A DNA stretch of 64,000 nucleotides from an uncultured Gemmatimonadaceae bacterium (GCA_963740355.1 CAVUDW010000002.1:1248001-1312000), one strand, 5' to 3'. Shown: positions 22,822 through 34,215, numbered from the stretch's first letter. Translations and numbers: made by a program. Notes: generated from the letters alone by a model not told the origin.

Positions 22822-23148
22822 ATGTCGGAACAGGCAGTGTCATCGGAAAACGATGGGTGGGCGATGATGGGCGCCGGTGTTGGCGCCGCAGTCGGCGGGA
22901 CCAGTTTCGCAGTGCGGGCCGCCGGCCCCGATGACGAGGATGATGCGGTCGATGCCGAGGATCTCGACGACGATGATCTCGATGATGAGGATCTCGACGA
23001 CGATGACGATGATGATGACGACGACCTCGATGAGTTCGAGGACGACGAGCTGGATGATGACGAGGATGACGACGACGAGGCCGATGAAATCGACTTCACG
23101 GAAGACCGATACGGTCGGATTCCGGGCGAGGATGACGCCGACGTGTGA
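22822..23148 (+). CDS. Small, highly acidic, low-complexity protein
   Basis: ATG preceded by GGGGAGA. Contains a 56-residue stretch with 44 Asp/Glu and mixed GAT/GAC/GAG codons. Confidence 0.6.
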   Translation: MSEQAVSSENDGWAMMGAGVGAAVGGTSFAVRAAGPDDEDDAVDAEDLDDDDLDDEDLDDDDDDDDDDLDEFEDDELDDDEDDDDEADEIDFTEDRYGRIPGEDDADV

Positions 23149-23208
23149 GTAGGTGCGCGGTCTCCGCAGTGGTGCTGCAGAAAGAGTGAAATTCACCCAC
23201 TGCAGGGG

Positions 23209-23236
23209 TTGACTGGGGAGTTTGGCAGGCTATCAT
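23209..23236 (+). promoter_or_regulatory. Sigma70-type rRNA promoter
   Basis: TTGACT-N16-TATCAT about 240 nt upstream of the 16S. A boxA-like GCTGATTGACAA lies at ~23310. Confidence 0.75.
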
Positions 23237-23318
23237 TGGTGTCTGCCCCGGATACGGGGCGCGACGAGGTGCTGTGAGACGCGAAGTGAAGCGCTCTGCA
23301 CCACATCAAGCTGATTGA

Positions 23319-23344
23319 CAATCGAGAGAGAAGCGTGTGGTGGT
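23319..23344 (+). other. 5' arm of the 16S RNase III processing stalk (pairs with 25050-25075)
   Basis: CAATCGAGAGAGAAGCGTGTGGTGGT pairs with ATCACCACGCGCTCTTCTCTCGATTG at 25 of 26 positions, including G-U pairs. Confidence 0.8.
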
Positions 23345-23473
23345 ATCTCGTTAAGTCGCCCGGTTCGTGCTGGGCGGCATAGAGATTCAAAACACGAAAT
23401 TTATGATTCCGGACCGTCTCATGATGGTCCAGTAATGGGTGTTGTGAGCGGTTCGCGAGAGCTAGTTGAATTC

Positions 23474-24998
<1,525 letters not shown>

Positions 24999-25098
24999 AA
25001 CGGAGTCTCGAGTAACACGCTTCGGCGTGCGAAAGAACTCAGTAGTCGCATCACCACGCGCTCTTCTCTCGATTGCCAGTATATAGCAGGACTGCATC

Positions 25099-25138
25099 GC
25101 CCCCGGCGCTCTCACGAGCCCCGGGGGCTTTGTGTTTT
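25099..25138 (+). terminator. Intrinsic terminator closing the 16S transcript
   Basis: GCCCCCGG-cgctc-tcac-gagc-CCCGGGGGC followed by TTTGTGTTTT, about 25 nt after the 3' stalk arm. Confidence 0.8.
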
Positions 25139-25230
25139 CCGCGACGAACTGACGCACAGAACAGTGAGGCGCCGCCACGCACGAACCGTGAGCCGCAGGC
25201 GCCATACCACTCACGGCGGCCTGGCGTGCC

Positions 25231-25345
25231 CGCCAGGCCGGTTCTACACACCCTCGCGGTCCCTCTGCGCTTTCGCCCAGCGGTTCTGCACACCACTCGC
25301 GGCGACGCTGCGCTTTCGCCAGGCCGTTCCACACGACTCACGCGG
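25231..25345. repeat. Degenerate tandem repeat with a 43-bp period (about 2.7 copies)
   Basis: Units start at 25231, 25274 and 25317: cgccaggccggttctacacaccctcgcgg..ctgcgcttt / cgcccagcggttctgcacaccactcgcgg..ctgcgcttt / cgccaggccgttccacacgactcacgcgg. Confidence 0.7.
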
Positions 25346-25950
25346 AGCCGCGGGGAACGCGGTGCCGCGGAAAACTGCCAGTGGAACGGCGACATGCGCG
25401 CGAACCAACGCCAATACAGCACGCCTGCACAACCACGACCACACGAGCCGTGACCTCGTGCTCACGCTCGTCCTCATTGCAGTGGGCGAGCCACCCGCGG
25501 ACGGGCTCCCCATCGCGCTGAATGCTCCCCACGCCCCCCGCCCTTCAAGCAGTTCCCCGCGGCTCCGCGTCCCCCGCGCCTCCGCGTGAGGACGTGTCGA
25601 CCGTCAGTGCGGCACGCACACGCACGCACACGCACGCTGACGCAGTCGACGACGTACAGGCTCGCCACCCTGAACTCCAATGCACACGAGCACGCTCGAT
25701 GCTCGCGCCGCTCAGTTCGCCGAAAAATGCCGCGCGCTGTCGAGCACGTTCTCACGACATCGTGTTCCATCGTGCGCAATCAAATTGTTGACTGCGCTGA
25801 CCGCGCGGTGAGGAAATGCCCATACGCCACAAGGGGTTCTGGCATGAAAGGCACGGGGCATGCCTTGCAGGGGAGCATGGCACGTTGCCGTGCACGATGG
25901 GCGTGGGAGCTTCTTGCGTCTTGATTCATTTCCTTGCTGGAGATCATCAC

Positions 25951-26448
25951 ATGACACGTACTTCACTCGCACTTTCCGCTGCGGCGCTGCTCGTCGCTGC
26001 CGCACTGCCGATGTCCTCTGCGTCGGCGCAGACCGATAGCGCCGCCGCCAAGAACCGCGCTGGTGCATACGACGCATCGCAGAGCGTTTCCCTGACCGGC
26101 GTGACCGTCATCCGTGTCGACACCGTGCAGGCCGCAGCTGGATCGTCGCTGAGCGCCGTGCTCGCCTCGGGCAATGACTCCGTGACCGCCTGGCTCGCCC
26201 CGGTCGCGTTCCTGACCGCCAACTCCATCACCCTCGCCGCCGGCGATGTGATCGACGTCATCGGCTCCAAGGTCATGATGGGTGGCAAGCCATCGCTCAT
26301 CACGACCGAGATCAAGAAGGGCGAAGCCAAGGTTGTGCTGCGCGACAAGGCCACTGGCGCACCCGCATGGCCGTCGGCGTCCACCAAGCCGCAGGAAATG
26401 GCCAAGCCGGACGCTGCGCCAGCTGCTGCCAGCGCTGCCAAGCCGTAA
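25951..26448 (+). CDS. Secreted small OB-fold-like protein (resembles the widespread MamS/MamX-like domain)
   Basis: GGAG RBS, signal peptide ending ASA-Q. YD....V.L.G, WLAPVAFL, LAAGDVIDVIGSKV, EIKKGEAKVVLRD..G.P.W. Confidence 0.75.
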   Translation: MTRTSLALSAAALLVAAALPMSSASAQTDSAAAKNRAGAYDASQSVSLTGVTVIRVDTVQAAAGSSLSAVLASGNDSVTAWLAPVAFLTANSITLAAGDVIDVIGSKVMMGGKPSLITTEIKKGEAKVVLRDKATGAPAWPSASTKPQEMAKPDAAPAAASAAKP

Positions 26449-26630
26449 GGAGCAGTCGCACCTTCGACTCGCTCGGCGGCCTGGAACACCTCAGCTGCCG
26501 CACTGGTCGTGATGCTTGTTCGACGTGGTTGCAGGTGACGCCGCACGCGTGAGGTCGGCCCCGGAATCGGGAGGGTGGCATGGGCGACGCTGCTCCGGTC
26601 GTCCAGCCCCGGTTCCGGGTGCCTCATGCG

Positions 26631-26659
26631 TTGCGCAACCGCCCTCAACGGAATAGGTT
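26631..26659 (+). promoter_or_regulatory. Putative sigma70 promoter of the tRNA-Ile gene
   Basis: TTGCGC-N17-TAGGTT ending 12 nt before the tRNA. Confidence 0.55.
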
Positions 26660-26671
26660 GTGAGGTTCTTG

Positions 26672-26745
<74 letters not shown>

Positions 26746-26757
26746 CTCCCTAAGCGC

Positions 26758-26792
26758 AAGCCCTGCAACGCTTTATGCGTTGTGGGGCTTTT
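26758..26792 (+). terminator. Intrinsic terminator after tRNA-Ile
   Basis: AAGCCCTGCAACGC-tttat-GCGTTGTGGGGCTT-TT. Confidence 0.75.
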
Positions 26793-26906
26793 GCGTTTGT
26801 CTCCGCTGTGCTGGAGCATTGTCCACCACAGTGACGATCGGCTCTCGGATGGGTTGTTAGCGGCGTCCTCGGATCTCTGTGCGTCACCAAGTGGGCGCTT
26901 ACCTCC

Positions 26907-28490
26907 CTACGCGCCGGTGATTCTACGTAGCTGTGTTGCATACGCGGATGCCGCTGCGTGGTCTCCACTGGCGGCTGCAGCGCGGGATGCGCCCTCGACT
27001 GCACGGAACCGGTTTGGCTCCTTCTCCAGCGTGGTACGGTATGCCTTGAGCGCCGCTGCTGGCTGGGTGAGCTCCATCAGCAGATCTCCGAGCAGTTCAC
27101 GAGCGGGAACGAGCGGTCCCGGTGTCACTGCCGACTTCTCGGTCGCATCTTCACGCGTCGCCGCCTCCTGCATGCGCGCCAGCGCGACGGAGTCCTGCTG
27201 CCTGGCGTGCGCCAGCCAGGCCTGTGCGCTCAGCGCCTGAATCGCGACCTGCTCCGACCAGTAACTCTCGCCGCGTGCCGCCAGGCGGCGACTGATCGCC
27301 GCGAGCGTGTCGGCATCGGCCTCTGCGGTCGCCAGATCGCCGACGTGTGAGGCGCCAAGGGCACGAGCGAAATACACCATCGCCTCGGTATACGGGAACG
27401 CGCTCGGCACGGGCACGAGCTTCGCCGCATCCGACCAATCACGCCGCTCCAGGGCATATCGCGCAGGAATGGACGCGAGTGCAAAGACGCCGGCCCACCC
27501 CGGCGCAGCCCCGGTGACGGCATTCACATCGAAGCGCGCCTTCAGGGCCGGCAGCCCAAGCACGATCTGCTTCGCGGCCGAGTCACGCTGCATTTGCAGG
27601 TACGCATAAACCGCGTAGTCCGATGCATGCAGAGCTTCGGCGATCGACCCGCTCTCGAGCGCCAAGCCCAACGAGCGCAGGTTGGTGGCCACCGATTCCT
27701 TCCACAGTCCGACACGGGTGAACGTGTGAGACGGCATGTGCATGGCGTGCGCCGCTGACGGGGCGATCTGCGAGTAGCGCTGCGCCGCTGCTTCCGCCCG
27801 GTCAGCAAGCGCCGGATAGTCGTACGCGTGGATGATGTAGTGCGCGAGGCCCGGGTGATCGGGTTGCTGCGCCCAGATTGACTCGAGGATTGCACCCGCC
27901 TTGAGCTGGTTCACATACCGCTTGTCGGTGGGTGCCGCCGACGCAACGAGGGAGAGGGCATAAAAGATCTTCGCCTCCGTGTCAGCCGGTTGTGCGGCAA
28001 CAAGGTTGGCCATCGCCAGTTCGTAGGCAACGATGCGCGTGCGTTGGTCCCGTCGCTCAAAATCCGCGTACAGCTGTGCGACGGCAGCGATGTAGCCGCG
28101 TTCCCTCTCGGTGGCCTGGTCACCCAGTCGCTGCGCCGCCTGGGCGGCCTCGAGGCCAGGTTGCAGCTGCGCCGGCGTACGGAGTGACGGCGCCGTGGGA
28201 TTCGACCAGCGACTGAGCGCGATGCCCCACTGCGCCATGGCGCAGGTGGGGTCGGCATAGAGGACGTCGGTGAACGCACGGATGGAGGCGCCAAACTCGA
28301 AGGAGTGCAGCAGCGCCATCGCACGATTGAATTGCGGTGTGACGGCTGGCTTGCACGAAGTGGGAAAGTCCACAGCGCCGAGCCGTTCCATTGACGCGCG
28401 GTGGCTCGCGTCGTATGCCTGAGCGTTCGCACATGCGGCGCCAACGACGAGAAGCACCGACACGCGAGCCGAGAGGCCCAGGGGTGTCAT
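26907..28490 (-). CDS. Secreted TPR-like alpha-helical protein
   Basis: Signal peptide, VDFPTSC..QFNRAMALLHSF, PDHPGLAHYIIHAYD, HAMHMPSHTFTRVGLW. Confidence 0.82.
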   Translation of the reverse strand: MTPLGLSARVSVLLVVGAACANAQAYDASHRASMERLGAVDFPTSCKPAVTPQFNRAMALLHSFEFGASIRAFTDVLYADPTCAMAQWGIALSRWSNPTAPSLRTPAQLQPGLEAAQAAQRLGDQATERERGYIAAVAQLYADFERRDQRTRIVAYELAMANLVAAQPADTEAKIFYALSLVASAAPTDKRYVNQLKAGAILESIWAQQPDHPGLAHYIIHAYDYPALADRAEAAAQRYSQIAPSAAHAMHMPSHTFTRVGLWKESVATNLRSLGLALESGSIAEALHASDYAVYAYLQMQRDSAAKQIVLGLPALKARFDVNAVTGAAPGWAGVFALASIPARYALERRDWSDAAKLVPVPSAFPYTEAMVYFARALGASHVGDLATAEADADTLAAISRRLAARGESYWSEQVAIQALSAQAWLAHARQQDSVALARMQEAATREDATEKSAVTPGPLVPARELLGDLLMELTQPAAALKAYRTTLEKEPNRFRAVEGASRAAAASGDHAAASAYATQLRRITGA

Positions 28491-28622
28491 GAATAGTCTC
28501 CGGTAGAGGCAGACACAGTGGGTGGCGAGTGGCAAGCACGATCGCAAGCGCATCGCGCCATTCTGTTGCACGTCGGGTGCGGCGTCCGCCGATCCGGAGG
28601 ACGTCGCCCCCGCTCTCCGAAA

Positions 28623-28826
28623 TCAGTCGGAGAGAACGAACGTCACTTTCAGCGTGACCCGATACGCCGTGATCTTGCCGTCGTCGCAGGTGACCTTCAT
28701 GCTCTCGACCCACGCGCCCTTGACGTTACGCAACGTCTTGTTGGCTCGTTCGATGCCATGAACGACCGCGTCGTCGAACGAGATCGTGGACGTGGCAGTG
28801 AGTTCAGTGATTTTAGCGACGGACAT
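28623..28826 (-). CDS. Dodecin family flavin-binding protein
   Basis: MSVAKITELTATSTISFDDAVVHGIERANKTLRNVKGAWV...YRVTLKVTFVL. Confidence 0.93.
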   Translation of the reverse strand: MSVAKITELTATSTISFDDAVVHGIERANKTLRNVKGAWVESMKVTCDDGKITAYRVTLKVTFVLSD

Positions 28827-28975
28827 GGTTCGATCTCCGTGGAATGAGGGATCGCGGGATTCAATCAGTCGCGCCGATCGATGACCGCAGCGGTAGGATG
28901 AGTCTTCTGCACTGCACAGGATCGTGCAAGCAAACCCTGCCGCCGAACGAGGAATTCGCCGTCGCAAGAGTCGAG

Positions 28976-29962
28976 TCAGCTCGACGCCGCCAACACTTCC
29001 AACAACCGCGCCACACCGATGTTCTGCCCACACGAAATGGCCACCCGCGTCGCGCCGGCAAACCGTGCATCAGCCGCTGCATGCTTCAGCATCGCCGCAA
29101 ACGCCACCCCCGCCGACCCCTCCACCAACTGATGCAGGTCGTTGATATGGTCGCGAATCGACGTCGCAATCTCCTGCTCGCTCACCAGCAACCACTCGTC
29201 CACCAGGGTTCGGCAATACTCGAACGTGATCGTGTCGGCATCCACCCCGCCCGCCGTCCCGTCGGAAAACGTCGGCAGGGAGGGCAGGTCCAGCATCCGG
29301 CCCGCCCGCACCGACTCGTGCATCACACAGGAATTGGCCGGTGAACAGCCGACGATGTGAATCGCCGGCCGGGCCGCCTTGAGTGCCGCCGCAATGCCGG
29401 AAATCAGGCCACCGCCTCCAACGCTGACGTAGACCACGTCGATGCGATCGAGCTGCCGCAACAGCTCGAGCCCGATCGTGCCCTGGCCGGCAATCACATC
29501 GGGATCGTTGTAGGGTGACAGGTAGTGCCAGCCCTCCTCGGCCGACACACGTTGCGCTTCCTGCTCGGTGTCGTTGCTGTCCAGACCGAACAGCTCCACG
29601 CGAACTCCAGTGCGCCGGACTGCATCCAGCTTCGCGGGTGAGACATTCTCCGGCAGGAAGACCACGCCACTCTTGCCAGCGGCGCGCAGCGCGTACGACA
29701 CGCCCAGCCCATGATTGCCAGAGCTTGCCGTCGCGATCGTCAGGCCACGAGGAATCGCCTGCGACACGGCATTCGTGGCGCCACGCAGCTTGAACGATCC
29801 CGTGCGCTGGAGATGTTCGGCCTTCACGAAGACCGGCCCGCCAACACGCTCCGTGTACTGAGGCCACTCCACGACCGGGGTCTCGAGCGCCGTGGGTCGA
29901 ATGCGCTCATCGGCGCTGTGGATCGCGGCAATCACTGCAGGATCGACGAGGGGCGGTGTCAT
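28976..29962 (-). CDS. Threonine/serine dehydratase-like PLP enzyme
   Basis: KAEHLQRTGSFKLRGA, ASSGNHG, AGQGTIGLE, VGGGGLISG. Confidence 0.93.
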   Translation of the reverse strand: MTPPLVDPAVIAAIHSADERIRPTALETPVVEWPQYTERVGGPVFVKAEHLQRTGSFKLRGATNAVSQAIPRGLTIATASSGNHGLGVSYALRAAGKSGVVFLPENVSPAKLDAVRRTGVRVELFGLDSNDTEQEAQRVSAEEGWHYLSPYNDPDVIAGQGTIGLELLRQLDRIDVVYVSVGGGGLISGIAAALKAARPAIHIVGCSPANSCVMHESVRAGRMLDLPSLPTFSDGTAGGVDADTITFEYCRTLVDEWLLVSEQEIATSIRDHINDLHQLVEGSAGVAFAAMLKHAAADARFAGATRVAISCGQNIGVARLLEVLAASS

Positions 29963-30026
29963 GGTGACGAGCGAGAGATGGGCGGGGCAGGCGACAGGAA
30001 CGGCAACACGTCGCCTCGGACAAATC

Positions 30027-30998
30027 CTACACGAGTGCCTGTGACACCGCTGTCGCGATCGCGATGTCCTGCACCGCAACACCAGTGAGGTCTGCAATCA
30101 CGATCTGGTCGTCATGGCTGCGTCCTCGACTGCGATCCTCGATGACCTCGCCCAACTCCACGACGCCTTCGATGGTGCGCGTACCGGCGACAATGGCGTG
30201 ATGCAGCTCACCGCGCGTGAGACACTGTGATCGACTGTCCACCACGTAGACATCCGCACGACCCACCAAAGCGGTCGATAGCTCCTGCTTCTCCGGGGTG
30301 TCAGAGCCCATCGCCACGATCAGTGTGCCCGGCTCCACGTGTGCCTCATCCAGCAGCGGCGCGGTGCTTGGCGTGGTCATCACGACGATCTGTGCGCCGC
30401 GTGTCGCCTCACCAGCGTAGCGCGTGGCCTGTACGGTGAAGCCCGCACCCTCCATCTCGCGCCAATATCGGTCCAGCGCCTCCTGGCGACGACCGAAAAC
30501 TGAAACATTGCGGCAATTCACGACCTTCGCGATCGCCTCGACCTGGAGCCTCGCCTGCACTCCAGTGCCGAACACCGCAATCCGGTCGACGCGCGTCGGC
30601 GCCAGATAGGTCGCGGCGATGGCGCCCGCCACGGCGGTCCGAATATTGGTCAGATGCCCACCGTCGAGCAGCACCGTCTCGATCATGCCAGTTCGCGCAC
30701 TGAACACCAGCATCACTCCTGAATAACTCGGCAGGCCTCGCGTCGGATTCTCGCCGAAACCGGTGGCCACCTTGATCACGAACGTCTCACTGCCGTGCAC
30801 ATATCCGTACTTGATGTGTGCATCGCCCGGCGGCGACTCGAACAGCAATTCGCCGACTGGTGGTACGGTCGCACGTCCCTGTGAATACGCGACGAACGCG
30901 GCTTCGATCGCCGGCTGCAGGTCCAGCGTGGGGAGCACCGCGAGGATCTGCTCGAGGGTGACGACGCGAACGCTCGGACTCAGGATTGGTGCAGACAT
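30027..30998 (-). CDS. Ornithine cyclodeaminase/mu-crystallin family protein
   Basis: HIKYGY, LTNIRTAVAG, GTGVQA, MGSDTPEKQE, DLTGVAVQD. Confidence 0.93.
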   Translation of the reverse strand: MSAPILSPSVRVVTLEQILAVLPTLDLQPAIEAAFVAYSQGRATVPPVGELLFESPPGDAHIKYGYVHGSETFVIKVATGFGENPTRGLPSYSGVMLVFSARTGMIETVLLDGGHLTNIRTAVAGAIAATYLAPTRVDRIAVFGTGVQARLQVEAIAKVVNCRNVSVFGRRQEALDRYWREMEGAGFTVQATRYAGEATRGAQIVVMTTPSTAPLLDEAHVEPGTLIVAMGSDTPEKQELSTALVGRADVYVVDSRSQCLTRGELHHAIVAGTRTIEGVVELGEVIEDRSRGRSHDDQIVIADLTGVAVQDIAIATAVSQALV

Positions 30999-31126
30999 GC
31001 CCCAAGCGTAGGGTGGACCGCCGTACGCCGCCAGTCTCCGCCGCGATGCGCGTGCCAGACCACAGCAGCGACGACTGCCTCGCTCAGGGCTGGCGACGCG
31101 GGATGCCACCGCTTCACTTTCGCGGC

Positions 31127-32362
31127 ATGCCAACTCTCCAGGTCGTCCTCGCCTCCGTCAGCCGAGTCGTGGCTGCTGTCGCACTGTCCACCACGATCGC
31201 GCAGGGGCAGGTTGCTCGTGGCGCGCCGAGATCGTTCGGCGCGGCGTGGGCACCCGTGCATGAATTCTTCCAGGCAACGTTGACGGCGGAAGGCATGGTC
31301 GGTGGCACGATGGTCTTCTTTCACGGCGACACGATTCTCGCCCGCGAGAACTTCGGCCTCGCTGACGTTGCCACGAATCGACGCGTCGACGACCGCACGA
31401 TCTTCCACTGGGGCTCGATCACCAAGACGCTGACGGCGATTGCCATCATGCAGCAGCGGGATCGGAAGAAGCTGACCCTCGACGATGCGATCGTGCGCTC
31501 CGTGCCTGAGTTGCGCGCAGTGCACAATTCTTTCGGGCCAATGGATGCAATCACGGTCCGCCAGCTCCTGTCGCACTCGGCCGGCTTCCGCAACGGTACC
31601 TGGCCGTGGACTGACGGGAAGCCGTGGATGCCATTCGAGCCGACGGAGTGGTCGCAGTTGGTGGCGATGATGCCATACACCGAGGTGTTGTTCGCGCCAG
31701 GCTCCAGGTTCAGCTACTCCAACCCCGGCTACATCTACCTCGGTCGCACGCTCGAATTCGTCACCGGCGAACCCTTCGAAGCCTACATGGAGAAGAACGT
31801 GCTGCGCCCGCTCGGCATGTCGTCGAGCTACTACGACATCACGCCGTACCACCTGCTGCCGGATCGCTCGAACAACTACGAGATGGTGGCGGGGACACCA
31901 AAGGCGAATGGCCTCGATTTCGATACCGGGATCACCGTTGCGAATGGCGGGTTGAACGCGCCGATCGGTGACATCGTCCGATACCTGCAGTTCCTGGTTG
32001 GGGCACCAGGCATCACCCCGTATGCGCGCGGTGTGCTGTCGCGCACCACCATCGAGGAGATGTGGCGCGGCATCGTGCCCCTGGCGGCGGGGAGTCGCGA
32101 CTCGGTCGGCCTTGGGTTCTTCCTCGAGGAGCGCAATGGCATTCGTCTGGTCGCCCACACTGGAAGCCAGGCAGGCTTCCGCGCCTTCTTCTACCTCGAC
32201 CCTTCCACCAAAGCCGGCGTGGTCGCGGTCTTCAACACGGCACCGACAGACGATCCGCGCAATCCGACGGATTCGACCGACGCCAAGCCACACATCTCGC
32301 TGATCTTCAGCGGGTTGCTCGATCGTCTCACGAAGGGAGTCTTCCCGCTGTACCGTCACTGA
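31127..32362 (+). CDS. Serine hydrolase, beta-lactamase/PBP-like family
   Basis: SxxK in GSITKT, LLSHSAG, YxN in FSYSNPGY, HTG motif, signal peptide. Confidence 0.92.
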   Translation: MPTLQVVLASVSRVVAAVALSTTIAQGQVARGAPRSFGAAWAPVHEFFQATLTAEGMVGGTMVFFHGDTILARENFGLADVATNRRVDDRTIFHWGSITKTLTAIAIMQQRDRKKLTLDDAIVRSVPELRAVHNSFGPMDAITVRQLLSHSAGFRNGTWPWTDGKPWMPFEPTEWSQLVAMMPYTEVLFAPGSRFSYSNPGYIYLGRTLEFVTGEPFEAYMEKNVLRPLGMSSSYYDITPYHLLPDRSNNYEMVAGTPKANGLDFDTGITVANGGLNAPIGDIVRYLQFLVGAPGITPYARGVLSRTTIEEMWRGIVPLAAGSRDSVGLGFFLEERNGIRLVAHTGSQAGFRAFFYLDPSTKAGVVAVFNTAPTDDPRNPTDSTDAKPHISLIFSGLLDRLTKGVFPLYRH

Positions 32363-32395
32363 GCGACGCGCACGTCCCGCCGCTATCTTCGCGCC

Positions 32396-34147
32396 ATGAC
32401 ACAGTTGCGACGCACCCCGACGCTTCTTCTCGCAGCTGCGACGCTGGTCGTCGCCTGCAAGCCTGCTGACACCGCCGGAACGACGACGGCGACCAGTGCG
32501 CCAGCGGCGACACCGGTCGCGACTCGCCTGGCATCGCGCCCCGCGAGGGTCGCCACCGCCGACTCGGCGATGGTGGTGTCGGCTTCGCCCTACGCGACGC
32601 AGGCCGGTCTCGACGTGCTGCGCGCCGGCGGCAACGCGGTGGATGCCGCTGTCGCGGTAGCGATGACGTTGGCGGTGACCTACCCCGCCGCCGGTAATAT
32701 CGGCGGCGGTGGATTCATGTTGGCCCGGATCGATGGGAAGAACGTTGCGCTCGATTTCCGCGAGATCGCACCGCGCGCGGCGTCGCGAGACATGTACCTG
32801 GATGTTTCGGGCAACGTCACGGACAAGAGCCTGACAGGGGCGCTGGCAGCGGGAGTTCCGGGGTCGGTGGCCGGATTGTACGAGGCGCACAAGAAGTTCG
32901 GGCGCCGGCCGTGGGCCGAGGTCGTGGCTCCTGCCATCGCGCTGGCAGAGAAAGGGTTTGCCATCGACTCCGCATTCAGCGACGACGACGAAAGTGGTGC
33001 GCATCGCCTCGAGAAGGATTCAGCCAGTGCGGCGCTCTTCCTCAAGAATGGCCGTTTCAGGGCGGTCGGTGATACCTGGAGCGCGCCTGAACTGGCGCAG
33101 GTCCTGAAGCGTATCGCAGCGCGTGGTCGCGATGGCTTCTACACCGGTGAAACCGCCGCGCTGATCGTGGCGGCGATGAAGAAAGGCGGCGGTATCATTT
33201 CGCTGGCTGACCTCGCGACCTATCGACCGGTCTGGCGCGACCCGATTGCATTCGACTACCGCGGCCACCACATCGTGTCGATGCCACCGGTCTCCTCCGG
33301 TGGTCTCACGCTCGCCCTCATACTCGGCATTCTCGAAGGCAAGGATGTCTCATCGCTCGGCTGGCGGTCGCCGGCGTCGATTCATCTGCTGGCCGAGGCG
33401 GAACGGCGCGCCTATGCGCGGCGCAACACGCTGCTCGGCGATCCGGCGTTCATGAAGATTCCGGTCCAGTCGTTTCTCTCCCCTGACACGGCCGCTGCAC
33501 TGCGCGCTCAGATCGGCGAGAAGTCGTCGGGAAGTGCGAACGCCGCAGCCACGAAGGAGCCGAAGCACACCACGCATTTCTCGGTGGTCGATGCGGCCGG
33601 CAATGCGGTCGCCATCACTACCACGCTCAACGAGAGTTATGGCGCGGCATTCACCGTGCCCGGCGGGCAGTTCCTGATGAACGATGAGATGGATGATTTC
33701 ACGACCAAGATTGGTGCCGTGAACGCGATGGGCCTGGTGCAGGGTAGTGCCAACGCCATCGTGCCCGGCAAGCGCATGTTGTCGAGCATGACACCGACGA
33801 TCATGCTCGATTCGACGAACCGTGTGGAACTCGTGACGGGTGCGGCTGGTGGCGCGTACATCATCACGGCCGTCGCGCACCAGATCGTGAGCATCGTGGA
33901 CTACGGTCGTACACTCGCCGAAGCGATGGCGGCCCCGCAATTCCATCATCAGGATGTGCCGGACTCCCTGGTGGTCGAGAACACGGCCTGGGCTGACAGC
34001 GCCATCGCATTCATGCGTCCACTCGGTCACGGCGTGAAGACATCACCGTGGGGATTCCTTGCGAACGTGCAGAGCATTCATCGCGAAGGGCGGCAATGGA
34101 GCGGTGTGACTGAACCTCGCGGTCGTGGGTTGGCGAAGGGCTACTGA
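32396..34147 (+). CDS. ggt: Gamma-glutamyltransferase (lipoprotein)
   Basis: GGNAVDAA, GNIGGGGF, DFREIAP, catalytic Thr in HTTHFSVVD, PGKRMLSSMTPT. Confidence 0.96.
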   Translation: MTQLRRTPTLLLAAATLVVACKPADTAGTTTATSAPAATPVATRLASRPARVATADSAMVVSASPYATQAGLDVLRAGGNAVDAAVAVAMTLAVTYPAAGNIGGGGFMLARIDGKNVALDFREIAPRAASRDMYLDVSGNVTDKSLTGALAAGVPGSVAGLYEAHKKFGRRPWAEVVAPAIALAEKGFAIDSAFSDDDESGAHRLEKDSASAALFLKNGRFRAVGDTWSAPELAQVLKRIAARGRDGFYTGETAALIVAAMKKGGGIISLADLATYRPVWRDPIAFDYRGHHIVSMPPVSSGGLTLALILGILEGKDVSSLGWRSPASIHLLAEAERRAYARRNTLLGDPAFMKIPVQSFLSPDTAAALRAQIGEKSSGSANAAATKEPKHTTHFSVVDAAGNAVAITTTLNESYGAAFTVPGGQFLMNDEMDDFTTKIGAVNAMGLVQGSANAIVPGKRMLSSMTPTIMLDSTNRVELVTGAAGGAYIITAVAHQIVSIVDYGRTLAEAMAAPQFHHQDVPDSLVVENTAWADSAIAFMRPLGHGVKTSPWGFLANVQSIHREGRQWSGVTEPRGRGLAKGY

Positions 34148-34215
34148 TCGCCGCAAGGACCGCGCAACGTGCTGCGCTGATTCGTTCGCTCGTGCACGAT
34201 TTCGGTAATGGTCTT

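Noticed and set aside
22548..23099. Poly-Ser ORF on the minus strand
   Set aside because: It is the antisense reading of the Asp/Glu-rich ORF and overlaps the end of typA.
25231..25345. CRISPR array interpretation of the 43-bp repeats
   Set aside because: The units abut with no unique spacers, they are degenerate, and no cas genes are present.
25951..26448. Magnetosome gene cluster
   Set aside because: It is a single domain-level resemblance, with no heme motifs and no other mam/mms genes.
31127..32362. True beta-lactam resistance gene
   Set aside because: The SxxK/YxN/HTG motifs are shared by many esterases and peptidases, and nothing specific indicates AmpC activity.
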